Shown here: piece after piece, positions 1 to 10,860 of the stretch | Numbering within the stretch: the first letter of the stretch is position 1 | How the letters are laid out: the number at the start of each line of letters is the position of its first letter | Assembly (NCBI RefSeq): GCF_009914755.1 | Contig: NC_060941.1 | Length of the DNA: 64,000 bases | Origin: the human T2T-CHM13v2.0 reference genome, Homo sapiens | Reading direction: 5' to 3' (one strand) | The notes under the pieces: generated by a model | Databases searched by the model: none | Told to the model about the DNA's origin: nothing | What the model saw: only the letters and a program-made list of their open reading frames with translations | Made by a program: the position numbers and the translations under genes

Positions 1-242
1 TTTTCATAGAGTAGTTCTGAAACATGCTTTTCGTAGTGTCTACAAGTGGACATTTGGAGCGCTTTCAGGCCTGTGGTGGAAAACGAATTATGGTCACATA
101 AAAACTGGAGAGAAGCATTGTCAGAAACTTCTTTGTGATGATTGCATTCAACTCACAGAGTTGAAGGTTCCTTTTCAAAGAGCAGTTTCCAATCACTCTT
201 TCTGTGGAATCTGCAAGTGGATATTTGGACCTATTTTGAAGA

Positions 243-259
243 TTTCGTTGGAAACGGGA
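243..259 (+). promoter_or_regulatory. CENP-B box (intact; repeated in every HOR)
   Basis: TTTCGTTGGAAACGGGA matches nTTCGnnnnAnnCGGGn. Confidence 0.92.
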
Positions 260-409
260 GAATCTTCACAGGAAAGCTAAACAGAAGCATTCTCAGAAAC
301 TTCTTTGTGATGCTTGCATTCAACTCACAGAGTTGAACTTTCCTTTCGAGAGAGAAGCTTTGAAACACTCTTTTTCCAGAATCTGCAAGTGGACATTTGG
401 AGGGCTTTG

Positions 410-430
410 AGGCCTGTGGTGGAAAAGGAA
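410..430 (+). other. A-type monomer box (pJalpha-type position, no CENP-B box); similar in monomers starting at 459, 1133, 1810, 1981, 2660
   Basis: GGCCTGTGGTGGAAAAGGAA / GGCCTATGGTAGTAAAGGAA occupy the position of the CENP-B box, as in A-type alpha-satellite monomers. Confidence 0.65.
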
Positions 431-755
431 TTATCTTCCCGTAAAAGCTAGATAGAAGCATTCTCAGAAACTACTTTGTGATGATTGCATTCAAGTCACA
501 GAGTTGAACATTCCCTTTGACAGAGCAGTTTGGAAACTCTCTTTGTGTAGAATCTGCAAGTGGAGATATGGACCGCTTTGAGGCCTATGGTAGTAAAGGA
601 AATAGCTTCATATAAAAGCTAGACAGTAGCATTCACAGAAAACTCTTGGTGACGACTGAGTTTAACTCACAGAGCTGAACATTCCTTTGGATGGAGCAGT
701 TTCGAAACACACTATTTGTAGAATGTGCAAGTGGATATTTAGGCCTCTCTGAGGA

Positions 756-772
756 TTTCGTTGGAAACGGGA
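756..772 (+). promoter_or_regulatory. CENP-B box (intact; first of three in consecutive monomers)
   Basis: TTTCGTTGGAAACGGGA matches all 9 core positions. Confidence 0.92.
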
Positions 773-922
773 TAAACCGCACAGAACTAAACAGAAGCAT
801 TCTCAGAACCTTCTTCGTGATGTTTGCATTCAACTCACAGTGTTGAACCTTTCTTTGATAGTTCAGGTTTGAAACGGTCTTTCTGTAGAAACTGCAAGTA
901 GATATTTGGACCTCTCTGAGGA

Positions 923-939
923 TTTCGTTGGAAACGGGA
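923..939 (+). promoter_or_regulatory. CENP-B box (intact; second of three)
   Basis: TTTCGTTGGAAACGGGA matches all 9 core positions. Confidence 0.92.
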
Positions 940-1090
940 TAACCCGCACAGAACTAAAACAGAAGCATTCTCAGAACCCTCTTCGTGATGTTTGCATTCA
1001 ACTCACAGTGCTGAACCTTTCTTTGATAGTTCAGCTTTGAAACACTCTTTTTGTAGAAACTGCAAGTGGATATTTGGTCCTCTCTGAGGA

Positions 1091-1107
1091 ATTCGTTGGA
1101 AACGGGA
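1091..1107 (+). promoter_or_regulatory. CENP-B box (intact; third of three, absent from the 15-mer)
   Basis: (A/T)TTCGTTGGAAACGGGA; the first base is polymorphic between HOR copies. Confidence 0.92.
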
Positions 1108-1427
1108 TAAACTGCACAGAACTAAACAGAAGCATTCTCAGAACCTTCTTCGTGATGTCTGCATTCAACTCACAGTGTGGAACCTTTCTTTGATAGTTCA
1201 GGTTTGAAACACTCTTTTTGTAGAAACTGCAAGGGGATAATTGCACTCTTTGAGGAGTACCGTAGTAAAGGAAATAACTTCCTATAAAAAGAAGACAGAA
1301 GCTTTCTCAGAAAATTCTTTGGGATGATTGAGTTGAACTCACAGAGCTGAGCATTCCTTGCGATGTAGCAGTTTAGAAACACACTTTCTGCAGAATCTGC
1401 AAGTGCATATTTGGACCTCTGTGAGGA

Positions 1428-1444
1428 ATTCGTTGGAAACGGGA
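1428..1444 (+). promoter_or_regulatory. CENP-B box overlapping the constant EcoRI site (GAATTC 1426-1431)
   Basis: ATTCGTTGGAAACGGGA; GAGGAATTCG is seen at this offset in every HOR copy. Confidence 0.92.
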
Positions 1445-1593
1445 TAATTTCAGCTGACTAAACAGAAGCAGTCTCAGAATCTTCTTTGTGATGTTTGCAT
1501 TCAAATCCCCGAGTTGAACTTTCCTTTCAAAGTTCACGTTTGAAACACTCTTTTTGCAGGATCTACAAGTGGATATTTGGACCACTCTGTGTC

Positions 1594-1610
1594 CTTCGTT
1601 CGAAACGGGT
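1594..1610 (+). promoter_or_regulatory. CENP-B box, variant type CTTCG(T/A)TCGAAACGGGT
   Basis: Core TTCG-nnnn-A-nn-CGGG retained; an extra CpG lies in the spacer. Confidence 0.85.
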
Positions 1611-1764
1611 ATATCTTCACATGACATCTAGACAGAAGCATCCTCAGAAGCTTCTCTGTGATGACTGCATTCAACTCACGGAGTTGAACACTCCTTTTGA
1701 GAGCGCAGTTTTGAAACTCTCTTTCTGTGGCATCTGCAAGGGGACATGTAGACCTCTTTGAAGA

Positions 1765-1781
1765 TTTCGTTGGAAACGGAA
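1765..1781 (+). other. Degenerate CENP-B box (probably non-binding)
   Basis: TTTCGTTGGAAACGGAA: CGGG is changed to CGGA in all copies. Confidence 0.75.
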
Positions 1782-2277
1782 TCATCTTCACATAAAAACT
1801 ACACAGATGCATTCTCAGGAACTTTTTGGTGATGTTTGTATTCAACTCCCAGAGTTGAACTTTCCTTTGGAAAGAGCAGCTATGAAACACTGTTTTTCTA
1901 GAATCTGCAAGTGGACGTTTGGAGGGCTTTGTGGTTTGTGGTGGAAAAGGAAATATCTTCACCTAAATACTAGATAGAAGCATTCTCAGAAACTGCTTTG
2001 TGATGATTGCATTCACCTCACAGAGTTGAACATTCCTATTGATAGAGCAGTTTGGAAACACTCTTGTTGTGGAATGTGCAAGTGGAGATTTGGAGCGCTT
2101 TGAGGCCTATGGTAGTAAAGGGAATAGCTTCATAGAAAAACTAGACAGAAGCATTCTCAGAAAATACTTTGTGATGATTGAGTTTAACTCACAGAGCTGA
2201 ACATTCCTTTGGATGGAGCAGGTTTGAGACACACTTTTTGTAGAATCTACAAGTGGATATTTGGACCTCTCTGAGGA

Positions 2278-2294
2278 TTTCGTTGGAAACGGGA
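2278..2294 (+). promoter_or_regulatory. CENP-B box (intact except in U10)
   Basis: TTTCGTTGGAAACGGGA matches all 9 core positions. Confidence 0.92.
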
Positions 2295-2443
2295 TAACTG
2301 CACCTAACTAAACGGAAGCATTCTCAGAAACTTCTTGGTGATGTTTGCATTCAAATCCCAGAGTTGAACCTTCCTTTGATAGTTCAGGTTTGAAACACTC
2401 TTTTTGTAGGATCTGCAAGTGGATATTTGGACCACTCTGTGGC

Positions 2444-2460
2444 CTTCGTTCGAAACGGGT
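2444..2460 (+). promoter_or_regulatory. CENP-B box, variant type CTTCGTTCGAAACGGGT
   Basis: Core positions retained; paralogous to 1594-1610, five monomers (850 bp) away. Confidence 0.85.
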
Positions 2461-2614
2461 ATATCTTCGCATAAAATCTAGACAGAAGCCTTCTCAGAAA
2501 CTTCTCTGTGATGATTGCATTCAACTCACAGAGTTGAACCCTCCTATGGATAGAGCAGTGTTGAAACTCTCTTTTTGTGGAATCTGCAAGTGGATACGTG
2601 GACCTCTCCGAAGA

Positions 2615-2631
2615 TGTCTTTGGAAACGGGA
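2615..2631 (+). other. Degenerate CENP-B box (probably non-binding)
   Basis: TGTCTTTGGAAACGGGA: the TTCG half is changed to GTCT in all copies. Confidence 0.75.
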
Positions 2632-5600
2632 ATATCTTCACATAAAAACTAAACAGAAGCATTCTCAGAAACTTCTCTGTGATGTTTGTGTTCAACTCCC
2701 AGAGTTTCACATTGCTTTTCATAGAGTAGTTCTGAAACATGCTTTTCGTAGTGTCTACAAGTGGACATTTGGAGCGCTTTCAGGCCTGTGGTGGAAAACG
2801 AATTATGGTCACATAAAAACTGGAGAGAAGCATTGTCAGAAACTTCTTTGTGATGATTGCATTCAACTCACAGAGTTGAAGGTTCCTTTTCAAAGAGCAG
2901 TTTCCAATCACTCTTTCTGTGGAATCTGCAAGTGGATATTTGGACCTATTTTGAAGATTTCGTTGGAAACGGGAGAATCTTCACAGGAAAGCTAAACAGA
3001 AGCATTCTCAGAAACTTCTTTGTGATGCTTGCATTCAACTCACAGAGTTGAACTTTCCTTTCGAGAGAGAAGCTTTGAAACACTCTTTTTCCAGAATCTG
3101 CAAGTGGACATTTGGAGGGCTTTGAGGCCTGTGGTGGAAAAGGAATTATCTTCCCGTAAAAGCTAGATAGAAGCATTCTCAGAAACTACTTTGTGATGAT
3201 TGCATTCAAGTCACAGAGTTGAACATTCCCTTTGACAGAGCAGTTTGGAAACTCTCTTTGTGTAGAATCTGCAAGTGGAGATATGGACCGCTTTGAGGCC
3301 TATGGTAGTAAAGGAAATAGCTTCATATAAAAGCTAGACAGTAGCATTCACAGAAAACTCTTGGTGACGACTGAGTTTAACTCACAGAGCTGAACATTCC
3401 TTTGGATGGAGCAGTTTCGAAACACACTATTTGTAGAATGTGCAAGTGGATATTTAGGCCTCTCTGAGGATTTCGTTGGAAACGGGATAAACCGCACAGA
3501 ACTAAACAGAAGCATTCTCAGAACCTTCTTCGTGATGTTTGCATTCAACTCACAGTGTTGAACCTTTCTTTGATAGTTCAGGTTTGAAACGGTCTTTCTG
3601 TAGAAACTGCAAGTAGATATTTGGACCTCTCTGAGGATTTCGTTGGAAACGGGATAACCCGCACAGAACTAAAACAGAAGCATTCTCAGAACCCTCTTCG
3701 TGATGTTTGCATTCAACTCACAGTGCTGAACCTTTCTTTGATAGTTCAGCTTTGAAACACTCTTTTTGTAGAAACTGCAAGTGGATATTTGGTCCTCTCT
3801 GAGGAATTCGTTGGAAACGGGATAAACTGCACAGAACTAAACAGAAGCATTCTCAGAACCTTCTTCGTGATGTCTGCATTCAACTCACAGTGTGGAACCT
3901 TTCTTTGATAGTTCAGGTTTGAAACACTCTTTTTGTAGAAACTGCAAGGGGATAATTGCACTCTTTGAGGAGTACCGTAGTAAAGGAAATAACTTCCTAT
4001 AAAAAGAAGACAGAAGCTTTCTCAGAAAATTCTTTGGGATGATTGAGTTGAACTCACAGAGCTGAGCATTCCTTGCGATGTAGCAGTTTAGAAACACACT
4101 TTCTGCAGAATCTGCAAGTGCATATTTGGACCTCTGTGAGGAATTCGTTGGAAACGGGATAATTTCAGCTGACTAAACAGAAGCAGTCTCAGAATCTTCT
4201 TTGTGATGTTTGCATTCAAATCCCCGAGTTGAACTTTCCTTTCAAAGTTCACGTTTGAAACACTCTTTTTGCAGGATCTACAAGTGGATATTTGGACCAC
4301 TCTGTGTCCTTCGATCGAAACGGGTATATCTTCACATGACATCTAGACAGAAGCATCCTCAGAAGCTTCTCTGTGATGACTGCATTCAACTCACGGAGTT
4401 GAACACTCCTTTTGAGAGCGCAGTTTTGAAACTCTCTTTCTGTGGCATCTGCAAGGGGACATGTAGACCTCTTTGAAGATTTCGTTGGAAACGGAATCAT
4501 CTTCACATAAAAACTACACAGATGCATTCTCAGGAACTTTTTGGTGATGTTTGTATTCAACTCCCAGAGTTGAACTTTCCTTTGGAAAGAGCAGCTATGA
4601 AACACTGTTTTTCTAGAATCTGCAAGTGGACGTTTGGAGGGCTTTGTGGTTTGTGGTGGAAAAGGAAATATCTTCACCTAAATACTAGATAGAAGCATTC
4701 TCAGAAACTGCTTTGTGATGATTGCATTCACCTCACAGAGTTGAACATTCCTATTGATAGAGCAGTTTGGAAACACTCTTGTTGTGGAATGTGCAAGTGG
4801 AGATTTGGAGCGCTTTGAGGCCTATGGTAGTAAAGGGAATAGCTTCATAGAAAAACTAGACAGAAGCATTCTCAGAAAATACTTTGTGATGATTGAGTTT
4901 AACTCACAGAGCTGAACATTCCTTTGGATGGAGCAGGTTTGAGACACACTTTTTGTAGAATCTACAAGTGGATATTTGGACCTCTCTGAGGATTTCGTTG
5001 GAAACGGGATAACTGCACCTAACTAAACGGAAGCATTCTCAGAAACTTCTTGGTGATGTTTGCATTCAAATCCCAGAGTTGAACCTTCCTTTGATAGTTC
5101 AGGTTTGAAACACTCTTTTTGTAGGATCTGCAAGTGGATATTTGGACCACTCTGTGGCCTTCGTTCGAAACGGGTATATCTTCGCATAAAATCTAGACAG
5201 AAGCCTTCTCAGAAACTTCTCTGTGATGATTGCATTCAACTCACAGAGTTGAACCCTCCTATGGATAGAGCAGTGTTGAAACTCTCTTTTTGTGGAATCT
5301 GCAAGTGGCTACGTGGACCTCTCCGAAGATGTCTTTGGAAACGGGAATATCTTCACATAAAAACTAAACAGAAGCATTCTCAGAAACTTCTCTGTGATGT
5401 TTGTGTTCAACTCCCAGAGTTTCACATTGCTTTTCATAGAGTAGTTCTGAAACATGCTTTTCGTAGTGTCTACAAGTGGACATTTGGAGCGCTTTCAGGC
5501 CTGTGGTGGAAAACGAATTATGGTCACATAAAAACTGGAGAGAAGCATTGTCAGAAACTTCTTTGTGATGATTGCATTCAACTCACAGAGTTGAAGGTTC

Positions 5601-8600
5601 CTTTTCAAAGAGCAGTTTCCAATCACTCTTTCTGTGGAATCTGCAAGTGGATATTTGGACCTATTTTGAAGATTTCGTTGGAAACGGGAGAATCTTCACA
5701 GGAAAGCTAAACAGAAGCATTCTCAGAAACTTCTTTGTGATGCTTGCATTCAACTCACAGAGTTGAACTTTCCTTTCGAGAGAGAAGCTTTGAAACACTC
5801 TTTTTCCAGAATCTGCAAGTGGACATTTGGAGGGCTTTGAGGCCTGTGGTGGAAAAGGAATTATCTTCCCGTAAAAGCTAGATAGAAGCATTCTCAGAAA
5901 CTACTTTGTGATGATTGCATTCAAGTCACAGAGTTGAACATTCCCTTTGACAGAGCAGTTTGGAAACTCTCTTTGTGTAGAATCTGCAAGTGGAGATATG
6001 GACCGCTTTGAGGCCTATGGTAGTAAAGGAAATAGCTTCATATAAAAGCTAGACAGTAGCATTCACAGAAAACTCTTGGTGACGACTGAGTTTAACTCAC
6101 AGAGCTGAACATTCCTTTGGATGGAGCAGTTTCGAAACACACTATTTGTAGAATGTGCAAGTGGATATTTAGGCCTCTCTGAGGATTTCGTTGGAAACGG
6201 GATAAACCGCACAGAACTAAACAGAAGCATTCTCAGAACCTTCTTCGTGATGTTTGCATTCAACTCACAGTGTTGAACCTTTCTTTGATAGTTCAGGTTT
6301 GAAACGGTCTTTCTGCAGAAACTGCAAGTAGATATTTGGACCGCTCTGAGGATTTCGTTGGAAACGGGATAACCCGCACAGAACTAAAACAGAAGCATTC
6401 TCAGAACCCTCTTCGTGATGTTTGCATTCAACTCACAGTGCTGAACCTTTCTTTGATAGTTCAGCTTTGAAACACTCTTTTTGTAGAAACTGCAAGTGGA
6501 TATTTGGTCCTCTCTGAGGATTTCGTTGGAAACGGGATAAACTGCACAGAACTAAACAGAAGCATTCTCAGAACCTTCTTCGTGATGTCTGCATTCAACT
6601 CACAGTGTGGAACCTTTCTTTGATAGTTCAGGTTTGAAACACTCTTTTTGTAGAAACTGCAAGGGGATAATTGCACTCTTTGAGGAGTACCGTAGTAAAG
6701 GAAATAACTTCCTATAAAAAGAAGACAGAAGCTTTCTCAGAAAATTCTTTGGGATGATTGAGTTGAACTCACAGAGCTGAGCATTCCTTGCGATGTAGCA
6801 GTTTAGAAACACACTTTCTGCAGAATCTGCAAGTGCATATTTGGACCTCTGTGAGGAATTCGTTGGAAACGGGATAATTTCAGCTGACTAAACAGAAGCA
6901 GTCTCAGAATCTTCTTTGTGATGTTTGCATTCAAATCCCCGAGTTGAACTTTCCTTTCAAAGTTCACGTTTGAAACACTCTTTTTGCAGGATCTACAAGT
7001 GGATATTTGGACCACTCTGTGTCCTTCGTTCGAAACGGGTATATCTTCACATGACATCTAGACAGAAGCATCCTCAGAAGCTTCTCTGTGATGACTGCAT
7101 TCAACTCACGGAGTTGAACACTCCTTTTGAGAGCGCAGTTTTGAAACTCTCTTTCTGTGGCATCTGCAAGGGGACATGTAGACCTCTTTGAAGATTTCGT
7201 TGGAAACGGAATCATCTTCACATAAAAACTATACAGATGCATTCTCAGGAACTTTTTGGTGATGTTTGTATTCAACTCCCAGAGTTGAACTTTCCTTTGG
7301 AAAGAGCAGCTATGAAACACTCTTTTTCTAGAATCTGCAAGTGGACGTTTGGAGGGCTTTGTGGTTTGTGGTGGAAAAGGAAATATCTTCACCTAAATAC
7401 TAGATAGAAGCATTCTCAGAAACTGCTTTGTGATGATTGCATTCACCTCACAGAGTTGAACATTCCTATTGATAGAGCAGTTTGGAAACACTCTTGTTGT
7501 GGAATGTGCAAGTGGAGATTTGGAGCGCTTTGAGGCCTATGGTAGTAAAGGGAATAGCTTCATAGAAAAACTAGACAGAAGCATTCTCAGAAAATACTTT
7601 GTGATGATTGAGTTTAACTCACAGAGCTGAACATTCCTTTGGATGGAGCAGGTTTGAGACACACTTTTTGTAGAATCTACAAGTGGATATTTGGACCTCT
7701 CTGAGGATTTCGTTGGAAACGGGATAACTGCACCTAACTAAACGGAAGCATTCTCAGAAACTTCTTGGTGATGTTTGCATTCAAATCCCAGAGTTGAACC
7801 TTCCTTTGATAGTTCAGGTTTGAAACACTCTTTTTGTAGGATCTGCAAGTGGATATTTGGACCACTCTGTGGCCTTCGTTCGAAACGGGTATATCTTCGC
7901 ATAAAATCTAGACAGAAGCCTTCTCAGAAACTTCTCTGTGATGATTGCATTCAACTCACAGAGTTGAACCCTCCTATGGATAGAGCAGTGTTGAAACTCT
8001 CTTTTTGTGGAATCTGCAAGTGGATACGTGGACCTCTCCGAAGATGTCTTTGGAAACGGGAATATCTTCACATAAAAACTAAACAGAAGCATTCTCAGAA
8101 ACTTCTCTGTGATGTTTGTGTTCAACTCCCAGAGTTTCACATTGCTTTTCATAGAGTAGTTCTGAAACATGCTTTTCGTAGTGTCTACAAGTGGACATTT
8201 GGAGCGCTTTCAGGCCTGTGGTGGAAAACGAATTATGGTCACATAAAAACTGGAGAGAAGCATTGTCAGAAACTTCTTTGTGATGATTGCATTCAACTCA
8301 CAGAGTTGAAGGTTCCTTTTCAAAGAGCAGTTTCCAATCACTCTTTCTGTGGAATCTGCAAGTGGATATTTGGACCTATTTTGAAGATTTCGTTGGAAAC
8401 GGGAGAATCTTCACAGGAAAGCTAAACAGAAGCATTCTCAGAAACTTCTTTGTGATGCTTGCATTCAACTCACAGAGTTGAACTTTCCTTTCGAGAGAGA
8501 AGCTTTGAAACACTCTTTTTCCAGAATCTGCAAGTGGACATTTGGAGGGCTTTGAGGCCTGTGGTGGAAAAGGAATTATCTTCCCGTAAAAGCTAGATAG

Positions 8601-10860
8601 AAGCATTCTCAGAAACTACTTTGTGATGATTGCATTCAAGTCACAGAGTTGAACATTCCCTTTGACAGAGCAGTTTGGAAACTCTCTTTGTGTAGAATCT
8701 GCAAGTGGAGATATGGACCGCTTTGAGGCCTATGGTAGTAAAGGAAATAGCTTCATATAAAAGCTAGACAGTAGCATTCACAGAAAACTCTTGGTGACGA
8801 CTGAGTTTAACTCACAGAGCTGAACATTCCTTTGGATGGAGCAGTTTCGAAACACACTATTTGTAGAATGTGCAAGTGGATATTTAGGCCTCTCTGAGGA
8901 TTTCGTTGGAAACGGGATAAACCGCACAGAACTAAACAGAAGCATTCTCAGAACCTTCTTCGTGATGTTTGCATTCAACTCACAGTGTTGAACCTTTCTT
9001 TGATAGTTCAGGTTTGAAACGGTCTTTCTGTAGAAACTGCAAGTAGATATTTGGACCTCTCTGAGGATTTCGTTGGAAACGGGATAACCCGCACAGAACT
9101 AAAACAGAAGCATTCTCAGAACCCTCTTCGTGATGTTTGCATTCAACTCACAGTGCTGAACCTTTCTTTGATAGTTCAGCTTTGAAACACTCTTTTTGTA
9201 GAAACTGCAAGTGGATATTTGGTCCTCTCTGAGGAATTCGTTGGAAACGGGATAAACTGCACAGAACTAAACAGAAGCATTCTCAGAACCTTCTTCGTGA
9301 TGTCTGCATTCAACTCACAGTGTGGAACCTTTCTTTGATAGTTCAGGTTTGAAACACTCTTTTTGTAGAAACTGCAAGGGGATAATTGCACTCTTTGAGG
9401 AGTACCGTAGTAAAGGAAATAACTTCCTATAAAAAGAAGACAGAAGCTTTCTCAGAAAATTCTTTGGGATGATTGAGTTGAACTCACAGAGCTGAGCATT
9501 CCTTGCGATGTAGCAGTTTAGAAACACACTTTCTGCAGAATCTGCAAGTGCATATTTGGACCTCTGTGAGGAATTCGTTGGAAACGGGATAATTTCAGCT
9601 GACTAAACAGAAGCAGTCTCAGAATCTTCTTTGTGATGTTTGCATTCAAATCCCCGAGTTGAACTTTCCTTTCAAAGTTCACGTTTGAAACACTCTTTTT
9701 GCAGGATCTACAAGTGGATATTTGGACCACTCTGTGTCCTTCGATCGAAACGGGTATATCTTCACATGACATCTAGACAGAAGCATCCTCAGAAGCTTCT
9801 CTGTGATGACTGCATTCAACTCACGGAGTTGAACACTCCTTTTGAGAGCGCAGTTTTGAAACTCTCTTTCTGTGGCATCTGCAAGGGGACATGTAGACCT
9901 CTTTGAAGATTTCGTTGGAAACGGAATCATCTTCACATAAAAACTACACAGATGCATTCTCAGGAACTTTTTGGTGATGTTTGTATTCAACTCCCAGAGT
10001 TGAACTTTCCTTTGGAAAGAGCAGCTATGAAACACTGTTTTTCTAGAATCTGCAAGTGGACGTTTGGAGGGCTTTGTGGTTTGTGGTGGAAAAGGAAATA
10101 TCTTCACCTAAATACTAGATAGAAGCATTCTCAGAAACTGCTTTGTGATGATTGCATTCACCTCACAGAGTTGAACATTCCTATTGATAGAGCAGTTTGG
10201 AAACACTCTTGTTGTGGAATGTGCAAGTGGAGATTTGGAGCGCTTTGAGGCCTATGGTAGTAAAGGGAATAGCTTCATAGAAAAACTAGACAGAAGCATT
10301 CTCAGAAAATACTTTGTGATGATTGAGTTTAACTCACAGAGCTGAACATTCCTTTGGATGGAGCAGGTTTGAGACACACTTTTTGTAGAATCTACAAGTG
10401 GATATTTGGACCTCTCTGAGGATTTCGTTGGAAACGGGATAACTGCACCTAACTAAACGGAAGCATTCTCAGAAACTTCTTGGTGATGTTTGCATTCAAA
10501 TCCCAGAGTTGAACCTTCCTTTGATAGTTCAGGTTTGAAACACTCTTTTTGTAGGATCTGCAAGTGGATATTTGGACCACTCTGTGGCCTTCGTTCGAAA
10601 CGGGTATATCTTCGCATAAAATCTAGACAGAAGCCTTCTCAGAAACTTCTCTGTGATGATTGCATTCAACTCACAGAGTTGAACCCTCCTATGGATAGAG
10701 CAGTGTTGAAACTCTCTTTTTGTGGAATCTGCAAGTGGCTACGTGGACCTCTCCGAAGATGTCTTTGGAAACGGGAATATCTTCACATAAAAACTAAACA
10801 GAAGCATTCTCAGAAACTTCTCTGTGATGTTTGTGTTCAACTCCCAGAGTTTCACATTGC

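Larger units (their letters stand above)
740..1232 (+). repeat. Internal triplication of a ~168 bp monomer within each HOR (shown for U1)
   Basis: Three consecutive near-identical segments: CCTCTCTGAGGA(T/A)TTCGTTGGAAACGGGATAA..GCACAGAACTAAA(A)CAGAAGCATTCTCAGAACC(T/C)TCTTCGTGATGT(T/C)TGCATTCAACTCACAGTG..GAACCTTTCTTTGATAGTTCAG. They are far more alike than other neighbouring monomers. Boundaries are approximate. Confidence 0.9.
116..2830 (+). repeat. One representative 16-mer HOR unit resolved into monomers
   Basis: Monomer starts (CATTCTCAG-like motif) at 116, 288, 459, 630, 798, 966, 1133, 1302, 1469, 1639, 1810, 1981, 2152, 2319, 2489, 2660; the next unit starts at 2831. Lengths are 167-172 bp and sum to 2,715. 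Confidence 0.95.
1..10860 (+). repeat. Four tandem canonical 16-mer HOR copies (U1-U4)
   Basis: TTTTCATAGAGTAGTTCTGAAACATGC recurs at 1, 2716, 5431, 8146 and 10861. Confidence 0.97.

Noticed and set aside
147-165. Imperfect inverted repeat TTCAACTCACAGAGTTGAA in many monomers
   Set aside because: It is a real dyad but a general, known property of the alpha-satellite consensus and not specific to this window.
1281-1292. TATA-like CTATAAAAAG (also CATATAAAAG near 609-619)
   Set aside because: These are variants of the ordinary A-rich monomer end (CATAAAAACT). Alpha satellite can be transcribed, but sequence alone does not support a promoter call.
142-1962. Other short overlapping ORFs (64-142 aa) on both strands
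   Set aside because: They are chance open frames in satellite DNA that overlap one another and are paralogous only through the monomer repeat.
2384-2740. 118-aa minus-strand ORF present in some HORs and absent in others
   Set aside because: One SNV (TGGATACG>TGGCTACG, offset 2594) creates a minus-strand TAG in six copies. This is a satellite SNV marker, not phase variation of a gene.
2345-2995. 216-aa + strand ORF repeated in every HOR, with Cys/His-rich periodic motifs
   Set aside because: Its ~57-aa periodicity is simply the 171 bp monomer read in frame. It begins at a non-ATG codon (TTG), has no recognisable domain or true zinc-finger spacing, and no gene context.
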